Shown one piece after another: positions 1 through 11,230 of a stretch of DNA of 64,000 nt. A program made the position numbers and the translations under genes. Source of the DNA: Candidatus Latescibacterota bacterium (GTDB lineage Bacteria > Krumholzibacteriota > Krumholzibacteriia > WVZY01); contig CAWBQK010000011.1 of NCBI GenBank assembly GCA_963791045.1, positions 224,001 to 288,000 of the forward strand, in the 5' to 3' direction. The notes under the pieces are model-generated. The model saw nothing but the letters and a program-made list of their open reading frames with translations. It did no database searches and had not been told where the DNA came from. Each line of letters starts with the position of its first letter. The first letter of the stretch is position 1.

Positions 1-258
1 CACAGGCGTTTTTCGGGTTTGTGGCGGCCTTGCGCCACTGTGGTGTTTTTTTAGCTGTGAACAGAACCTAATTACCCATTGTTTCCAACTATCCCAAAGG
101 GTAACCGATTGCCTCCGATCGAATCGAAAGGAGAATTCGTATTGTTTCCAATGATTCCTCCATTGCGAGCTTCAGAGGTCTGTCGACGTGAGACGAGCGA
201 AGATAAATCGCAGATATTGATTCGAAGAGATTTGGCTTATTTCAGCAAACGAGAGTAC

Positions 259-336
259 TCAGCAATTTTCTTTGCGCGGAACACAGAGAACTTTGGTCCC
301 CCCTGGGGGTCGACGTGCTGCACATTCAATCCGCAT
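259..336 (-). CDS. possible 25-aa Cys-containing peptide (MRIECAARRPPGGTKVLCVPRKENC) on the sigma54 transcript
   Basis: GGAGG lies 5 nt before the ATG at 336, downstream of the sigma54 promoter at 489-504; a G6 run inside the ORF could hide a frameshift. Confidence 0.3.
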   Translation of the reverse strand: MRIECAARRPPGGTKVLCVPRKENC

Positions 337-376
337 CGCTGCCTCCGCATAGTCAGACCAAGTGAATCCCAGCAGA

Positions 377-466
377 TGTTGTGTGAGGCAACGAGCCCAA
401 ATCGTTCCCTCACACAACACGTTCAGCAAGTTGACGCCGAAAAACAAGCCGTTGTTTCGACGTCAA
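377..466 (-). ncRNA. two long tandem hairpins (431-466 and 377-419); structured leader or sRNA
   Basis: TTGACG..CGTCAA and TGTTGTGTGAGG..CCTCACACAACA stems; two mismatches become G.U pairs on the minus strand. Confidence 0.55.
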
Positions 467-488
467 TGTGTTAGTCGGATCTCCAATG

Positions 489-504
489 GGCAAGCTGCGT
501 ACCA
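489..504 (-). promoter_or_regulatory. sigma54 -24/-12 promoter
   Basis: reverse complement TGGTAC-GCAGC-TTGC, 1 mismatch to TGGCAC-N5-TTGC; lies next to a sigma54 activator locus. Confidence 0.75.
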
Positions 505-653
505 CGCTTAAGACTTCGTTAACTTGTGTGTTTTCAATGAGGTCATGGTTTTAAGGTACGGATTCGAGAATTTTTTATGTGACAAATTTTCTTTACACTA
601 TCGTATGTTAAGGGATTGTAATTGATTCGCTGAATCTATTGGCACTGACCGGT

Positions 654-669
654 TGTCAATATATTGACA
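654..669. promoter_or_regulatory. palindromic enhancer (UAS) candidate TGTCAATATATTGACA
   Basis: perfect 16-bp palindrome of TGT-N10-ACA type, ~150 bp upstream of the sigma54 promoter. Confidence 0.6.
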
Positions 670-794
670 CCGTTTCTCCAATCTTGGCAAAAATCAATTT
701 AACGGTTCATGTTATAGGCGTTGATGAGCGCACCCAAACTGATCGGCCAATATTGGGGCGTTAACTAGGCAGTTGCTCATTGTGCAAAATATTG

Positions 795-823
795 TTGAGT
801 AGAAGGTTACAGTCTGATATAAT
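795..823 (+). promoter_or_regulatory. sigma70-type promoter for the peptide/TPR-activator operon
   Basis: TTGAGT-17 nt-TATAAT with a TGn extended -10. Confidence 0.6.
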
Positions 824-1061
824 TCAATCCTCAGGGTGTCCTTCGATAGAGCTTTGACTTGACGGATATAAACGGATTACCAGAAATAAGCTGGGTTATT
901 CGCATGTTGAAGCGACCACCACAATTGACGAGACTTATGAGTACGGTGCCCAACCGGCTGAAGCTCATCTCGTTTCCGCAAACCTGCGGTTCACAATCAG
1001 AGTCTGTCCGATCCTGTCCTTCCCCCGGTTATCTCGTGTTAGTCAAAAGAGGTGTTACACG

Positions 1062-1379
1062 ATGATTTCGAAATTTGTACGGATATCGACAGGTGCCTTT
1101 GTGTGCGCTTTTATGACGATGTTCCTAATAACGATCTCAGGTCTAATCCCAGTCGATGACGCCTTGGCTAGGGACACAGAAACCAAGCCCTACGTTGTTC
1201 CGGGTGACGCAGATGGAATTGGGGGATACAAGGGCTATGAATTCGTTGAGGAGCCCTCAGGCGTTACAGGGAGTGCGCATGGAAAGGTGATGCCAGACCT
1301 AAGAGAGAAAAACATCTTGATTTACTGGACATGCTCCTCGCCCTGGCTGGCAAACCTTTGCATTTTTGTGACACCATAG
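1062..1379 (+). CDS. small secreted protein / putative signalling pro-peptide
   Basis: GAGGTG RBS, hydrophobic N-terminal signal ending ALA, GDADGIGG segment; abuts the TPR gene. Confidence 0.7.
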   Translation: MISKFVRISTGAFVCAFMTMFLITISGLIPVDDALARDTETKPYVVPGDADGIGGYKGYEFVEEPSGVTGSAHGKVMPDLREKNILIYWTCSSPWLANLCIFVTP

Positions 1380-1389
1380 GTTGCGGTTA

Positions 1390-4300
1390 ATGACAAGACC
1401 AATAACACACCAAGAGCGCCTTCAGACTGAGTCCATTATTAATGCGGATGATAAGTTCCGCGCTATTTTGGAGTGTCCAGACTTTTTTCAAGATGTACCG
1501 GCATACAGTAGGGCAAGAAACTTAGTGGAGCGGCTTGTCGAATTGAATCAACTGCACTACCTTGATATCGCGAGCATGAATCTGGCGTTACTGCGCGTAC
1601 AACGGATGCGGTCTAATCTTGATCAAGAACAAGCCAAAAAAACTCTCGATAGAATCACCAAAAAGGTCGGTGCTTCAACTCCGCAGCGTTATCAATGCGC
1701 ACTTCTGAGGGCGGAAATTGGCTTGTTCGGCCAGGGTGACTTTGTTTATGCGATGAGAGAGTATGAAAGATTGGAAAAAGAAATACGATCTACGAATCAG
1801 CACTTTTTGTATGGTCTTGTTGTAAACGGTATGGGGCTTGCGCTTTCGGCGTTGGGAGACGAGGCGTCAGCAGAGGATCGGTTTCATGATGCGATGAGTG
1901 TATTCAGACGTATGGATAATCACATGCAATACGCATACAGTCTGAACAATTACGGTGTTTTGAAGAAAAAGTGTTGTCGATATGCAGAAGGGGAACGAGC
2001 TCTAAAGAGAGCATTGAAAATATTCCGATCGTTGGGAATGCTGGAAGGGCAAACGCTCTGTTACAACAATTTGGGGGTTGTTGGGCTGAAGACTGGCGAG
2101 TGGCAAAGTGCTCGATACTGTTTTGACAAGGCAATTCAATGTAAACGGGATCTGTCCAAAGGTGCTGTTGAAGACGACAATAGTTTTATTCGAAATTCGA
2201 GTATGATTGGCGAGATTAATCGTCTCCATCTGGATTTATTGAAGAGACAGTTTGAGGGGATAGAAGGACGATTTGTTGATCTAGTAGCAGCCGCCAGGAC
2301 GCTTGATAACTCAAGGTATGTGGCTTTGCTGCAGGAATTCTTGGCCGACTATAAGATGGAAGTACAAGAGCATTCTGAGGCCAAAGAATGTCTCCAGAAG
2401 GCATTGTCGACGACCCAAAAAATAGCACCCACAAGCGACGTTATGACGGAGGTCAAACGTCGACAGGCCCAACTCCATCTCCTGCAAGACGAACCAGAAG
2501 ATGCCAAACGAGAAGCGCTCGAGTGTATCCGACTGTGTATCAAGATTCGAGACAAACATGAGATGGGAGCTGCGCTCCGGATTCTTGCGGAAACGAATTT
2601 TAAACTCGGCCTAACCCAAAAAGCTGTCAATGCTTTCGAAGCCAGCATCAACACACTTAAAAGCATCCACGAGTGCTACGAGTTGATGCGAAGCTGTATT
2701 TCCTACAGCAAGTATCTGATCGAAACCAAAAGCGATGATGCTGACATCTATCTTCTCGAAGCAAGACAGCTCTGCAAGAAGCTCAAAATCGACTTTTTCA
2801 CCGCTCAGGTTCTGATCCTCTATAGCAAATATGATTTCAACAATGGAGACTATGGTATCGGCGAGGAGCAATCTGAAGCTGGCAAATGAGTATGCAGACA
2901 GACTGGACCCGAATGACAAAAAGGCGATTGCCCCATTGATCCGCGATTGGTACAAGACGCTGGAAAAGGAAATCCTCCAAACAAGCCAGGAGTCTGCAAA
3001 GAGACTCAAATCCCTGGGAAGAATCTACGAAGAGGCGAGATTTCCTCTGGAAGAACTGAAGCCCGAGCTCGCGACAGAAGTTGCTCGAAACGTCGGGGCC
3101 GAGTGCCTGTTCCTCGCAAAGCAACAAAACAGCGGCTATCGAATCCCCCTCAAATACAATCTGTCGATCAACGATGCGAAGCAGATCCTCCGTCGACAGC
3201 TAAGATGTGACGCGAAGACCCTGTTCAAGGGAAGCGATCCCAGATTCTGTCCGATGATGAACGGCAAAACGCTTGTATCGGTGCCGGGACAGACCGGCCA
3301 GGGTTTCATTCTGTGCGCGGTGGTCCCGGACAAAAAGTCATTTACACCAAAGGAATTGGAGTTCTTGTTCGCAAGTGTGGAGGCAATGGAGCGGGTTGCG
3401 ACGGAGATAGGCGACGTTCCTTACCAACTGGACACGACAGATTTTCTGGACAGCGATGAGGAGACGCTCGCGCACCCGGGAGGCTCTTTTGAAGAGATCA
3501 TCACGATCGACCCAGAGTTGATCAAGGTCATCCGACTGGCCGAACGTGCGAGCCAGAGTTCCGTCCCGATACTTCTGGAGGGCGAAACAGGTGTCGGCAA
3601 AGAACTGTTCGCCCACGCAATCCACGAGAATAGCCGCCGGAAAGAAGGCCCCTTCATTGCAATCAATGCGGGGGGCGTGCCGCTGAATCTGCTCGAGAGC
3701 CAACTCTTCGGACACGTGAAAGGCGCATTCACGGACGCGGTGTCGGACCGCGTCGGACTGGTAGAGGAAGCAAAGGGTGGCACGCTATTCTTCGATGAGG
3801 TGGGCGATATGTCGGAGGAACTCCAGGTCAAATTGCTCCGCCTGCTGGAGAACGGGGAGTTTCGCCGTCTCGGCGAAAACGATGTTCGCCACACAAACGT
3901 CAGAGTGGTATCGGCGACCAACAAGAATCTGGAAGATCGAATCGCAAACGGCCTGTTCCGGGAAGACCTGTACTACAGGCTCGCAACGGTGAGTTTCAAG
4001 ATCCCGCCGCTGCGCGAGCGCCGGCGCGATATCGAGTTCTTGCTGAGACATTTTCTGACAAGAGGCATCGAGAAGCTGGGATTCTCCCGCCGCCGCCTTA
4101 ACGTCGATATGAAAGCACTGGAAGCCTTCGAACTTCACTCATGGCCTGGCAACGTTCGCGAACTCAGGAACGAGATCATGCGAATATTCTCACTCATCGG
4201 TGATGGCGAAGTGATACGGTTTGGAATGCTTTCAGAGAGGATAAAAGACGCCTTCAGATCAGGGAATGAAAGCGGCATTCTCACGCAGCGCGTGGAACGT

Positions 4301-4426
4301 TTCGAACGCCGGCTCATTCTAAAGGCGCTGGAAGACAACTCCTGGAACCGCTCCAAGACCGCCGAGCAAATCGGCATTCCACGGACGACCCTCTTATTCA
4401 AAATGAAAACCCTTAATATAATGTAG
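1390..4426 (+). CDS. TPR-repeat sigma54-dependent transcriptional activator (TPR + AAA+ + Fis HTH), split by a 1-nt frameshift at ~2854
   Basis: TPR motifs (YSLNNYG, CYNNLG); GETGVGKE, GAFTDA, FFDEVG, WPGNVREL and C-terminal HTH; removing one G of GG 2854-2855 joins the two ORFs. Confidence 0.9.
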
Positions 4427-4457
4427 CCTCTGAGACCCAACACCCCACCTCAAGACT

Positions 4458-4490
4458 AGTGAAGGCCTGGTAATTCGCCAGGCCTTCACT
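4458..4490. terminator. hairpin terminator between convergent genes
   Basis: AGTGAAGGCCTGG-7nt-CCAGGCCTTCACT. Confidence 0.65.
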
Positions 4491-4552
4491 TGCATAAATC
4501 TTTATTTATAAATCATATAGGGTTTTTCTGTTGAGGAGAATTCCGCCACATC

Positions 4553-4756
4553 TCAAAGTTTGATTTTTTGCTTTGGCTGAGCCTCACGCTCGAGGACGGA
4601 TTTGAGGCGGCGGCGGACATGCGGGCGATCCGAGAGGTCGATGACATTGAGCGCGATCATACGGCCGCACCCGGGGCACTTCTGCGCTCTCCCCATATCA
4701 AACAGTTGGAGAATGTGTTCTCCGCAACCTTCGCACTTGATGGTACACCCCGTCAT
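4553..4756 (-). CDS. small zinc-ribbon protein
   Basis: CEGC..CPGC pair; GAGGA RBS. Confidence 0.6.
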   Translation of the reverse strand: MTGCTIKCEGCGEHILQLFDMGRAQKCPGCGRMIALNVIDLSDRPHVRRRLKSVLEREAQPKQKIKL

Positions 4757-4977
4757 CCCGTTCCTCTTTCACGCCCGATCGAAACCTGGCTGGAAAACAT
4801 CACCACAGCGAAGCAGACTGGATTGAGTGCCTGAGAACCTATTATATCGTATAAATTGTGATAATTCCAGAAACGTTTGAGCAAATGTTGTCGAGCTCCA
4901 CGTGGTATAATTATAGATTGAGGCAGATGGGTCGCGCATCGATGGATCGCAAAACGGCTCTCTCGATTGGAAAGACC

Positions 4978-7491
4978 ATGACCGGCAGACACCTGCAAGC
5001 CCTCATCTTTTTCAGTATCACCCTTCTCTTGCTTACGTCCGCTCTCGCCGCGGCGGGCGAATACACCGAAACATTCACGAACACGACCCACTTGAACCCC
5101 GGGCAGACGACCGCCGTCTGGGACACAGCGTCGGGACAACTCACGATGCCCGTCCCCCCGATCCTCATCGGGAGCGCCGCGACCGGCGGGCACGCGTACG
5201 CCGTCAAGATCTGGGGTGACCGCGCCTATGTCGCCGCCGGGACGGCGGGGCTCGAGGTCTTCGACATCACGGATCCCTCGGCGCCTTTCATTATAGGAAG
5301 CTACGACACGCCCGGCGAGGCGCTCGATGTCGCGATAAACGGCGGTATCGCCTGCGTCGCCGACGGCGACTCGGGACTCGTGATACTCGATGTGACCGAT
5401 CCCACGGCGCCGGCGCTCTCGGGGCGGTTTCAGACGGGCGGGCGCGCGCAGGGCGTAGTCTGCGAGTCGGTCTTTCAGGCCTGGGTGGCGAGCGGAACGG
5501 CGGGTTAGAGATCGTCAGAATCATTGACCCGGCGAACCCGATCCTTGAAGCGAGCCACGACACGTCCGGTGATGCCGCGGCGGTCTTTTACGCGGGGAGC
5601 CGGGTGACGGTGGCCGACGGCGCCGGCGGGCTCGTGCTCGTCGATGTCACCGACCCCTCGAGTCCTTCTCAAATCGGTTCGACGATGACCGCCGAGGCGG
5701 GCGACGTCTTCACCGATGGCAATTACGCGTATGTCGCCGACACGGCGTACGGACTGCGTGTGTTCAATGTCTGGGCGTACGGACTCAATATGCGAGGGAC
5801 GTGCCCGACACCGGGGACGGCGAAAGGTGTTTTTGTCGCGGGCACGCGGGCGTATGTTGCCGACGGCGACGCGGGACTTCGTGTGATCGATGTGTCGGAC
5901 CCGTGGACCCCGGTTCCCGTGACGGACCGCGACACCCCGGGCGACGCCTGCGATGTCGTCGTCGACGGCGAAACGGCCTATGTCGCCGACGGCCCGGCGG
6001 GGCTCCAGGTGTTCAGTCTTCGCTCGCCGGTTGCGCCCACGCTCCTTGGCACATACAACACGCCCGGCGAATCCCAGGCGGTCACTGTAGTGGGTGAAAC
6101 CGCCTATGTGTCCGATCATGACTTTGGGCTGCGTGTGATCGATGTCGCCAGCCCCTCGGGCCCGTTCGAGATCGGAAGCTACGTGCCGTCGTGGTACACC
6201 AATGCCGCTGCGGTTTCCGGCGGCTACGCGTATCTCGCGAATTCGTACAACGGGCTCACGGTCGTCGATGTGAGCATGCCCCCGAGCTTTCCGTTCGTTG
6301 GGGGCCGCGGTACGGTGGGACGGGCGACCGATATCGTGGTGGGAGGGATCGTCTCGCACACAGCCTGCGGGGACGGCGGCTACGCGCTGAACGTCATCGT
6401 GGACCCCACCAACCCAGGACAAGCCGCATACTGCAGTACGCCGGGATGGGCGGAGGGTGTCGACTACGCGGGGAAATACGTTTACATCGCCGACTATGAC
6501 GAGGGACTCCAGGTAATCGATCTCACACCGCTTGCCGGTCCCGAGATCGTGGGGAATTACGACTCATCGGGGCGGTCGATGGACGTCGCCGTCGCCGGTG
6601 ATCACGCGTACGTCGCCGATCTCGACGACGGGCTAAAGGTGATCGACGTGTCCGACGCGACGGCTCCGATACTTGTGGGAAGCTACACGGAAAGTCGCGC
6701 GTTTGAGATTTGCGTTTCGGGAGATTACGCATTCGTCGCGGCGGGTCAATCACTAGAGATGTTTGACGTGAGCGATCCCACGTCGCCCGTTTTTCTCGGG
6801 AACCACACGACACCCGATGTCGGCGCCGGGGTATTCGCACTCGGGGATTATGCGTATTTCGCAGCGGGGTACACGGGGCTCGAGATCTACCGTGCTTTTC
6901 AAAGTGATGCCGTGGGCGGTGTTCTCGTCGGGCAATCGCTCCCGATAGACGACACCGAAGAGTCAATCGGGTACGCTCGCCTCACGGCGACGCAGACCGA
7001 TTCGGTTGCCTGGGAGCTTAGCGCCGACGGCGGCGCGCACTGGCATGCCGCCACACCCGGCGGCGGCTGGGCCACGCTCACCCCCGGGAGCGATCTTCTC
7101 TGGCGGGCGGCGCTCACGTGGTCGACACCCGGCGTTTGCCCAACCGTGTCGGAGGTGACAATCGAGTGGCTACCCGAGGATGCGTCGGGTGTTGGAGACC
7201 CCGCGCCCAGCGGTTGAATTCAAACTGCATCAAAACGTTCCCAACCCGTTCAACCCATCGACGTTGATTCGTTACGAGCTCGCCGCGCCGTCGTGGGTCG
7301 ACCTTCGCGTGTACGACGCGACGGGCGCCCTGGTGCGCGTCCTCGTCGCCGATGACCGGCCGGCGGGCCCGAATGAAGCCCACTGGGACGGTAGAAATCA
7401 ATACGGCGCGCGCACCGCATCGGGCGTTTACTTCTATCGATTGAAAGCGGCGGGGTTCGAGATGACGCGGAAGATGGTGCTGATCGAATAG
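4978..7491 (+). CDS. secreted LVIVD-repeat beta-propeller protein with FlgD-Ig/T9SS-type C-terminal domain; frameshifts at ~5503 and ~7200
   Basis: signal peptide; many AYVADG..GL.V.DV.DP repeats; QNVPNPFNP..WDG..GVYFYRL..RKMVLI tail. Confidence 0.88.
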
Positions 7492-7635
7492 AACGTGGAG
7501 CCAGTCGTTCTCCTCTACGGTTGACTTGTCACCCCCTATTCGACATTGCAGGGTGTTCCCCAAAATTGCTAGGATGACCCGCAAGCGTAGACCCGGGACG
7601 CCTCCGCGGCAAAATCCCAGAAATTAATCAAACCC

Positions 7636-8457
7636 ATGCAAACCTGCCCAAATTGTCCAACGAGCACGCCGACACGGTTGATGTTCGAACTCGAATCCGG
7701 TATCCGCGTGCTCAAGTGCCGCGGGTGCGGGATCCAGTTTGCCGAGGACTACCCGGAAATGGAAGCGGCCGATTCGGAGATCTACGGACACCGTTACTTC
7801 GCCGAGGCGATCGAACAGCGGCAGGCGCGCGAGGCTACTTTCAAAGAATTGATGGCGGAGATCGAATCGGTGGCCGGCGGCAAAGGCCGTCTGCTCGACG
7901 TCGGCGCCGGCGACGGGATGCTTCTCGAAGCGGCGATCGCGAATGGGTGGCGGGCCGAAGGAATGGACGTCGCGACGGCCGCCGTCAAATACGCGCGCGA
8001 GGAGAGGGGCCTCACCGTACACCACGGTCTGATTGAAGACGTCCCGCTCGAACCCGGATCGTTCGATGTCATCGTCCTCAACCACGTACTCGAACACGTG
8101 CGAAACCCCCGGGAGACCCTGGCGCACCTGCGGACCCTTTTGACGCCCACGGGGATCATTCGGATCGAGGTGCCCAATGTGGGAAGTCTCTCCGCAAGAA
8201 CACAAAACCTGCAAAGCCGCCTCAAGGTCAAAAAGAACCTGTGGCGGCACTACGAGACCGGTCATCATTTCTGGTTTTTCACACGGTCGACCCTCACACG
8301 GACAATGCGCGGCGCCGGGCTCACGCCCGTGCGCGTCACGGCCGGCACGGAACAGTGGGGGGAGAAGAGCCTCTACATCCGCACCTTGAACGCCATCTAC
8401 AAACTCACCTTCTGGGGCGGCCACCTCGTTGCCTACGCCCGTTCGGCCGATTCTTGA
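7636..8457 (+). CDS. class I SAM-dependent methyltransferase
   Basis: LLDVGAGDG, FDVIVLNHVLEH, EVPN; N-terminal CxxC pairs. Confidence 0.9.
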   Translation: MQTCPNCPTSTPTRLMFELESGIRVLKCRGCGIQFAEDYPEMEAADSEIYGHRYFAEAIEQRQAREATFKELMAEIESVAGGKGRLLDVGAGDGMLLEAAIANGWRAEGMDVATAAVKYAREERGLTVHHGLIEDVPLEPGSFDVIVLNHVLEHVRNPRETLAHLRTLLTPTGIIRIEVPNVGSLSARTQNLQSRLKVKKNLWRHYETGHHFWFFTRSTLTRTMRGAGLTPVRVTAGTEQWGEKSLYIRTLNAIYKLTFWGGHLVAYARSADS

Positions 8458-8534
8458 TTTCACAATAATGAATCCCAAAAGAAAACGGCCCCATAACGGA
8501 GCCGCTTTCTTGCCAGCTTGCGGATCTACAACGG

Positions 8535-9178
8535 TTATTCGTAGAGCGCTTTGATCTTGCCCCATGTCGCGGCGCCGGTGGGCACCTCGCGATCGGCATT
8601 GAGCGCGCTGGGGTAATTCGGTTGATCCCAGTAGATGTGCGTGTCACCGGACATCCCCGTATAGATGATCTTCACGATGAGCGACTCGTTGTTGAGAACA
8701 AGCGTGGGGATGACACCGAAGTTGAAAGTGTAGAGAGCGCCGGGCATCACGTTGGTCACGGTCCCCGTGGCCGACGCGATGAGGGTCCCCTGGTTCATCC
8801 ACGCGCCTCTTCGCAGTTCGACTGTGATGGTGTTCGCTCCGGCGTAGTTGTTGGCGAACCAGATGTCCGCCCAGAAATGGAAGCCGGAGTAATCCCCGAC
8901 ATCATGGCCGTGCACCCGTAGTACGGGTTCTGCGGATCGAGATCGTAGTAGGGGAGTGACCCGGCCAGCGGGCCCGCATCCATCCATTCCCACTGGGGTG
9001 GGCTTGCCCAACCGTTCTGTCCCCATCCAACAACACCGGAGTCATCGAAATACCATGTCGTCACTGCCGGCAGGGCACTCGCCGTCCCGGGACCGATTAT
9101 GGCGATGACGGCAAAGATCACGGCGATCGCCACGAAAACGCGACAACGCTCAACACCTGGTTTGCAGTTATGTGTCAC
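8535..9178 (-). CDS. secreted protein with C-terminal TWGKIKALY motif; frameshift at the C4 run 8894-8897
   Basis: AGGAGG RBS + GTG, signal peptide ending ASA; adding one G joins ORFs 8795..9178 and 8535..9026. Confidence 0.8.
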
Positions 9179-9476
9179 AACACAACCTCCTTTTAAGGGA
9201 TGCCATTTCGCGGGACGATGTGATTCGTCAAAATGTGTGGCTCAAATAGCGGAGCCGTTCATAGAGACCGGGTGTGTCAACAAGGTGCAAAGTCAAAGAG
9301 AGCGAGGGCGCGTTGTGTGGCGGCTGGTCAGTCTGTCCGCAATCGAAATGGCGGTGAGATATTTTGCGGCGGGCAGCAATCCGATTCCACCCGTCAAAAA
9401 GAGTATACACCACCTGGGAGCGGTTTTCCACATCACCCGCGCCGGCGAAGGGTCTACGGGCCCGCACCCTAAGTCC

Positions 9477-9506
9477 TTGCCAATCAACAAAAAATTGGAC
9501 TATAAT
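9477..9506 (+). promoter_or_regulatory. sigma70-type promoter candidate for the protease-kinase operon
   Basis: TTGCCA-18 nt-TATAAT. Confidence 0.45.
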
Positions 9507-9766
9507 ATGAGAGGTACGCCGATGGGGGTGTGACTCATTCTGGCAGCACGACTTCGGAGCTTCCGAATCCATCGCGCGTCCTCGTCCCAGGAGACGCGGT
9601 GCGGTCTCTTGTCCGGACATCTTTGAAAAACATCTCTGACCGCCTCATTATATAGACGAATCGATGCATCGGTCATCGTCTCCCGTGGGACCGCTCCGCC
9701 TTGGCGTCGCCAGGACGTGAGGCGGCAACACAGCACATAATGTGTGATCTCACAGGAGGTTGTGCG

Positions 9767-11230
9767 ATGCGGAGATACGTGACCCTCGCGATTCTGCTGG
9801 TCGTCTTCACTCTGGCCTTCTCAAGAGCACGGCCGCCCCAACAGGTTGCCCCCACAGCAGTTAAAGCCAAGCGCACCCTCAGGATTCCCCGGTCGGATTC
9901 CCTGACGTTGGATGACCTCAAGCCCAGGGTCGCCCGGCTGGCAATGCTCAGGACGGAGCTCAAAAACCGGCGGTTTCTCGCGAGTGTGGCCCGCAACCGT
10001 CCCGGAATCGATCTTCAAGCAGTTGCCCGGCAATTCAACATAAGACTCGCGCCGGACCTTCGCGAATTCAGTATCCGCGACATCGAGATCGAAGTGTATG
10101 AGATCGAGAGGGTGTTTATTACGGCGGGCCTGACATACGGATCCGAAGACATCGAGGATGTTTACGATGAGCCGCCCCTGGATCCCACCACCGCGGCGCC
10201 GTTTGTGGACAACGAGAAGGTTCTCTACGTCGCGCGCTCGGTCGTGGCGATCGTCAAACGAACGGCGATGACGAAGGTGGGCAGCGAATGGCACATGCAG
10301 CTCAAACCGTTCAACACTATTCTCGGCGGTTACGGGGATTACTGCGAATTCGAAACATCGTACAACGCGCCGGCGACCCGCGCCGCTGGCACCGGTTTTC
10401 TGGTAGCGCCGGACATTATTGCCACGGCGGGACACGTCATCGACAGGCTCAGCATAAATCCGGCGGCCGCGCTCGACTCGGTCTATTTTGTTTTTGATTT
10501 CGTATTGAAATCAGATGGCGAGACCAAAGCCGTGTTCACCGAAGATGAAGTGTACGAGGGCACGGAAGTCATCGAAAAAAGAACGGGGATGCAGGCGGAC
10601 TGGGCGCTCGTTCGGCTCAACCGTGCCGCCGTCGATCGCGACCCGCTGGAGTATCGGCAGTCGGGCAAGATAGACGACGAGTCGTCCATATACATGATCG
10701 GTCATCCGAATGGGTTGCCGCAGAAGTATTCCGGGCCCGCCAGCGTCACCGAAAACACGCCGTGCGCGTATTTCCTCGGCAACCTCGACACCGGCCCGTA
10801 CAACTCGGGCTCTCCAGTCTTCAACGTAGATAACCATACCGTCGAAGGGATACTCGTCCGCGACATCGGCAATTTCGAGGAGATCTGCGACTGTTTCAAG
10901 GCGGCGCAGTACTCGCCGCGCATGGGCATCCCCGGCGTCGATGTGGTCAGAACCACCGAGTTCGCCGGATACCTGTCGAACCCCGATTCGTACCTGGTCC
11001 GATGCGAAGTGGATGACGGCGACCTGGCGGCGATCATCTCGTTTCCCGCCGACACGGTTTATATGGAAAAAGGCGAGTTTGTGCGGCTGGACTACGATAA
11101 CTGGGGAATCGAGCTCCTGGTATCATCGACGTGCAGGATTCTCTATTACCCCGAGAGGGGAACCGTGTGGGACATCACAAGCGTCCCCGGAACCGATCTC
11201 ACTAAAATGGAACAGGCGTGCTATCCATGA
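9767..11230 (+). CDS. secreted trypsin-like (S1) serine protease
   Basis: signal peptide; TAGH, DWAL and NSGSPV catalytic motifs; AGGAGG RBS. Confidence 0.88.
   Translation: MRRYVTLAILLVVFTLAFSRARPPQQVAPTAVKAKRTLRIPRSDSLTLDDLKPRVARLAMLRTELKNRRFLASVARNRPGIDLQAVARQFNIRLAPDLREFSIRDIEIEVYEIERVFITAGLTYGSEDIEDVYDEPPLDPTTAAPFVDNEKVLYVARSVVAIVKRTAMTKVGSEWHMQLKPFNTILGGYGDYCEFETSYNAPATRAAGTGFLVAPDIIATAGHVIDRLSINPAAALDSVYFVFDFVLKSDGETKAVFTEDEVYEGTEVIEKRTGMQADWALVRLNRAAVDRDPLEYRQSGKIDDESSIYMIGHPNGLPQKYSGPASVTENTPCAYFLGNLDTGPYNSGSPVFNVDNHTVEGILVRDIGNFEEICDCFKAAQYSPRMGIPGVDVVRTTEFAGYLSNPDSYLVRCEVDDGDLAAIISFPADTVYMEKGEFVRLDYDNWGIELLVSSTCRILYYPERGTVWDITSVPGTDLTKMEQACYP

Noticed and set aside
79-474. 131-aa plus-strand ORF (also 859..1065)
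   Set aside because: TTG starts, no recognisable motifs; they overlap hairpins or the leader region.
5170-6890. Recurring ~125-nt DNA repeats as a possible CRISPR array
   Set aside because: They are degenerate in-frame LVIVD protein repeats; there is no constant repeat/spacer pattern and no cas genes.
9180-9760. Possible riboswitch in the long divergent intergenic region
   Set aside because: No recognisable aptamer motif by eye.
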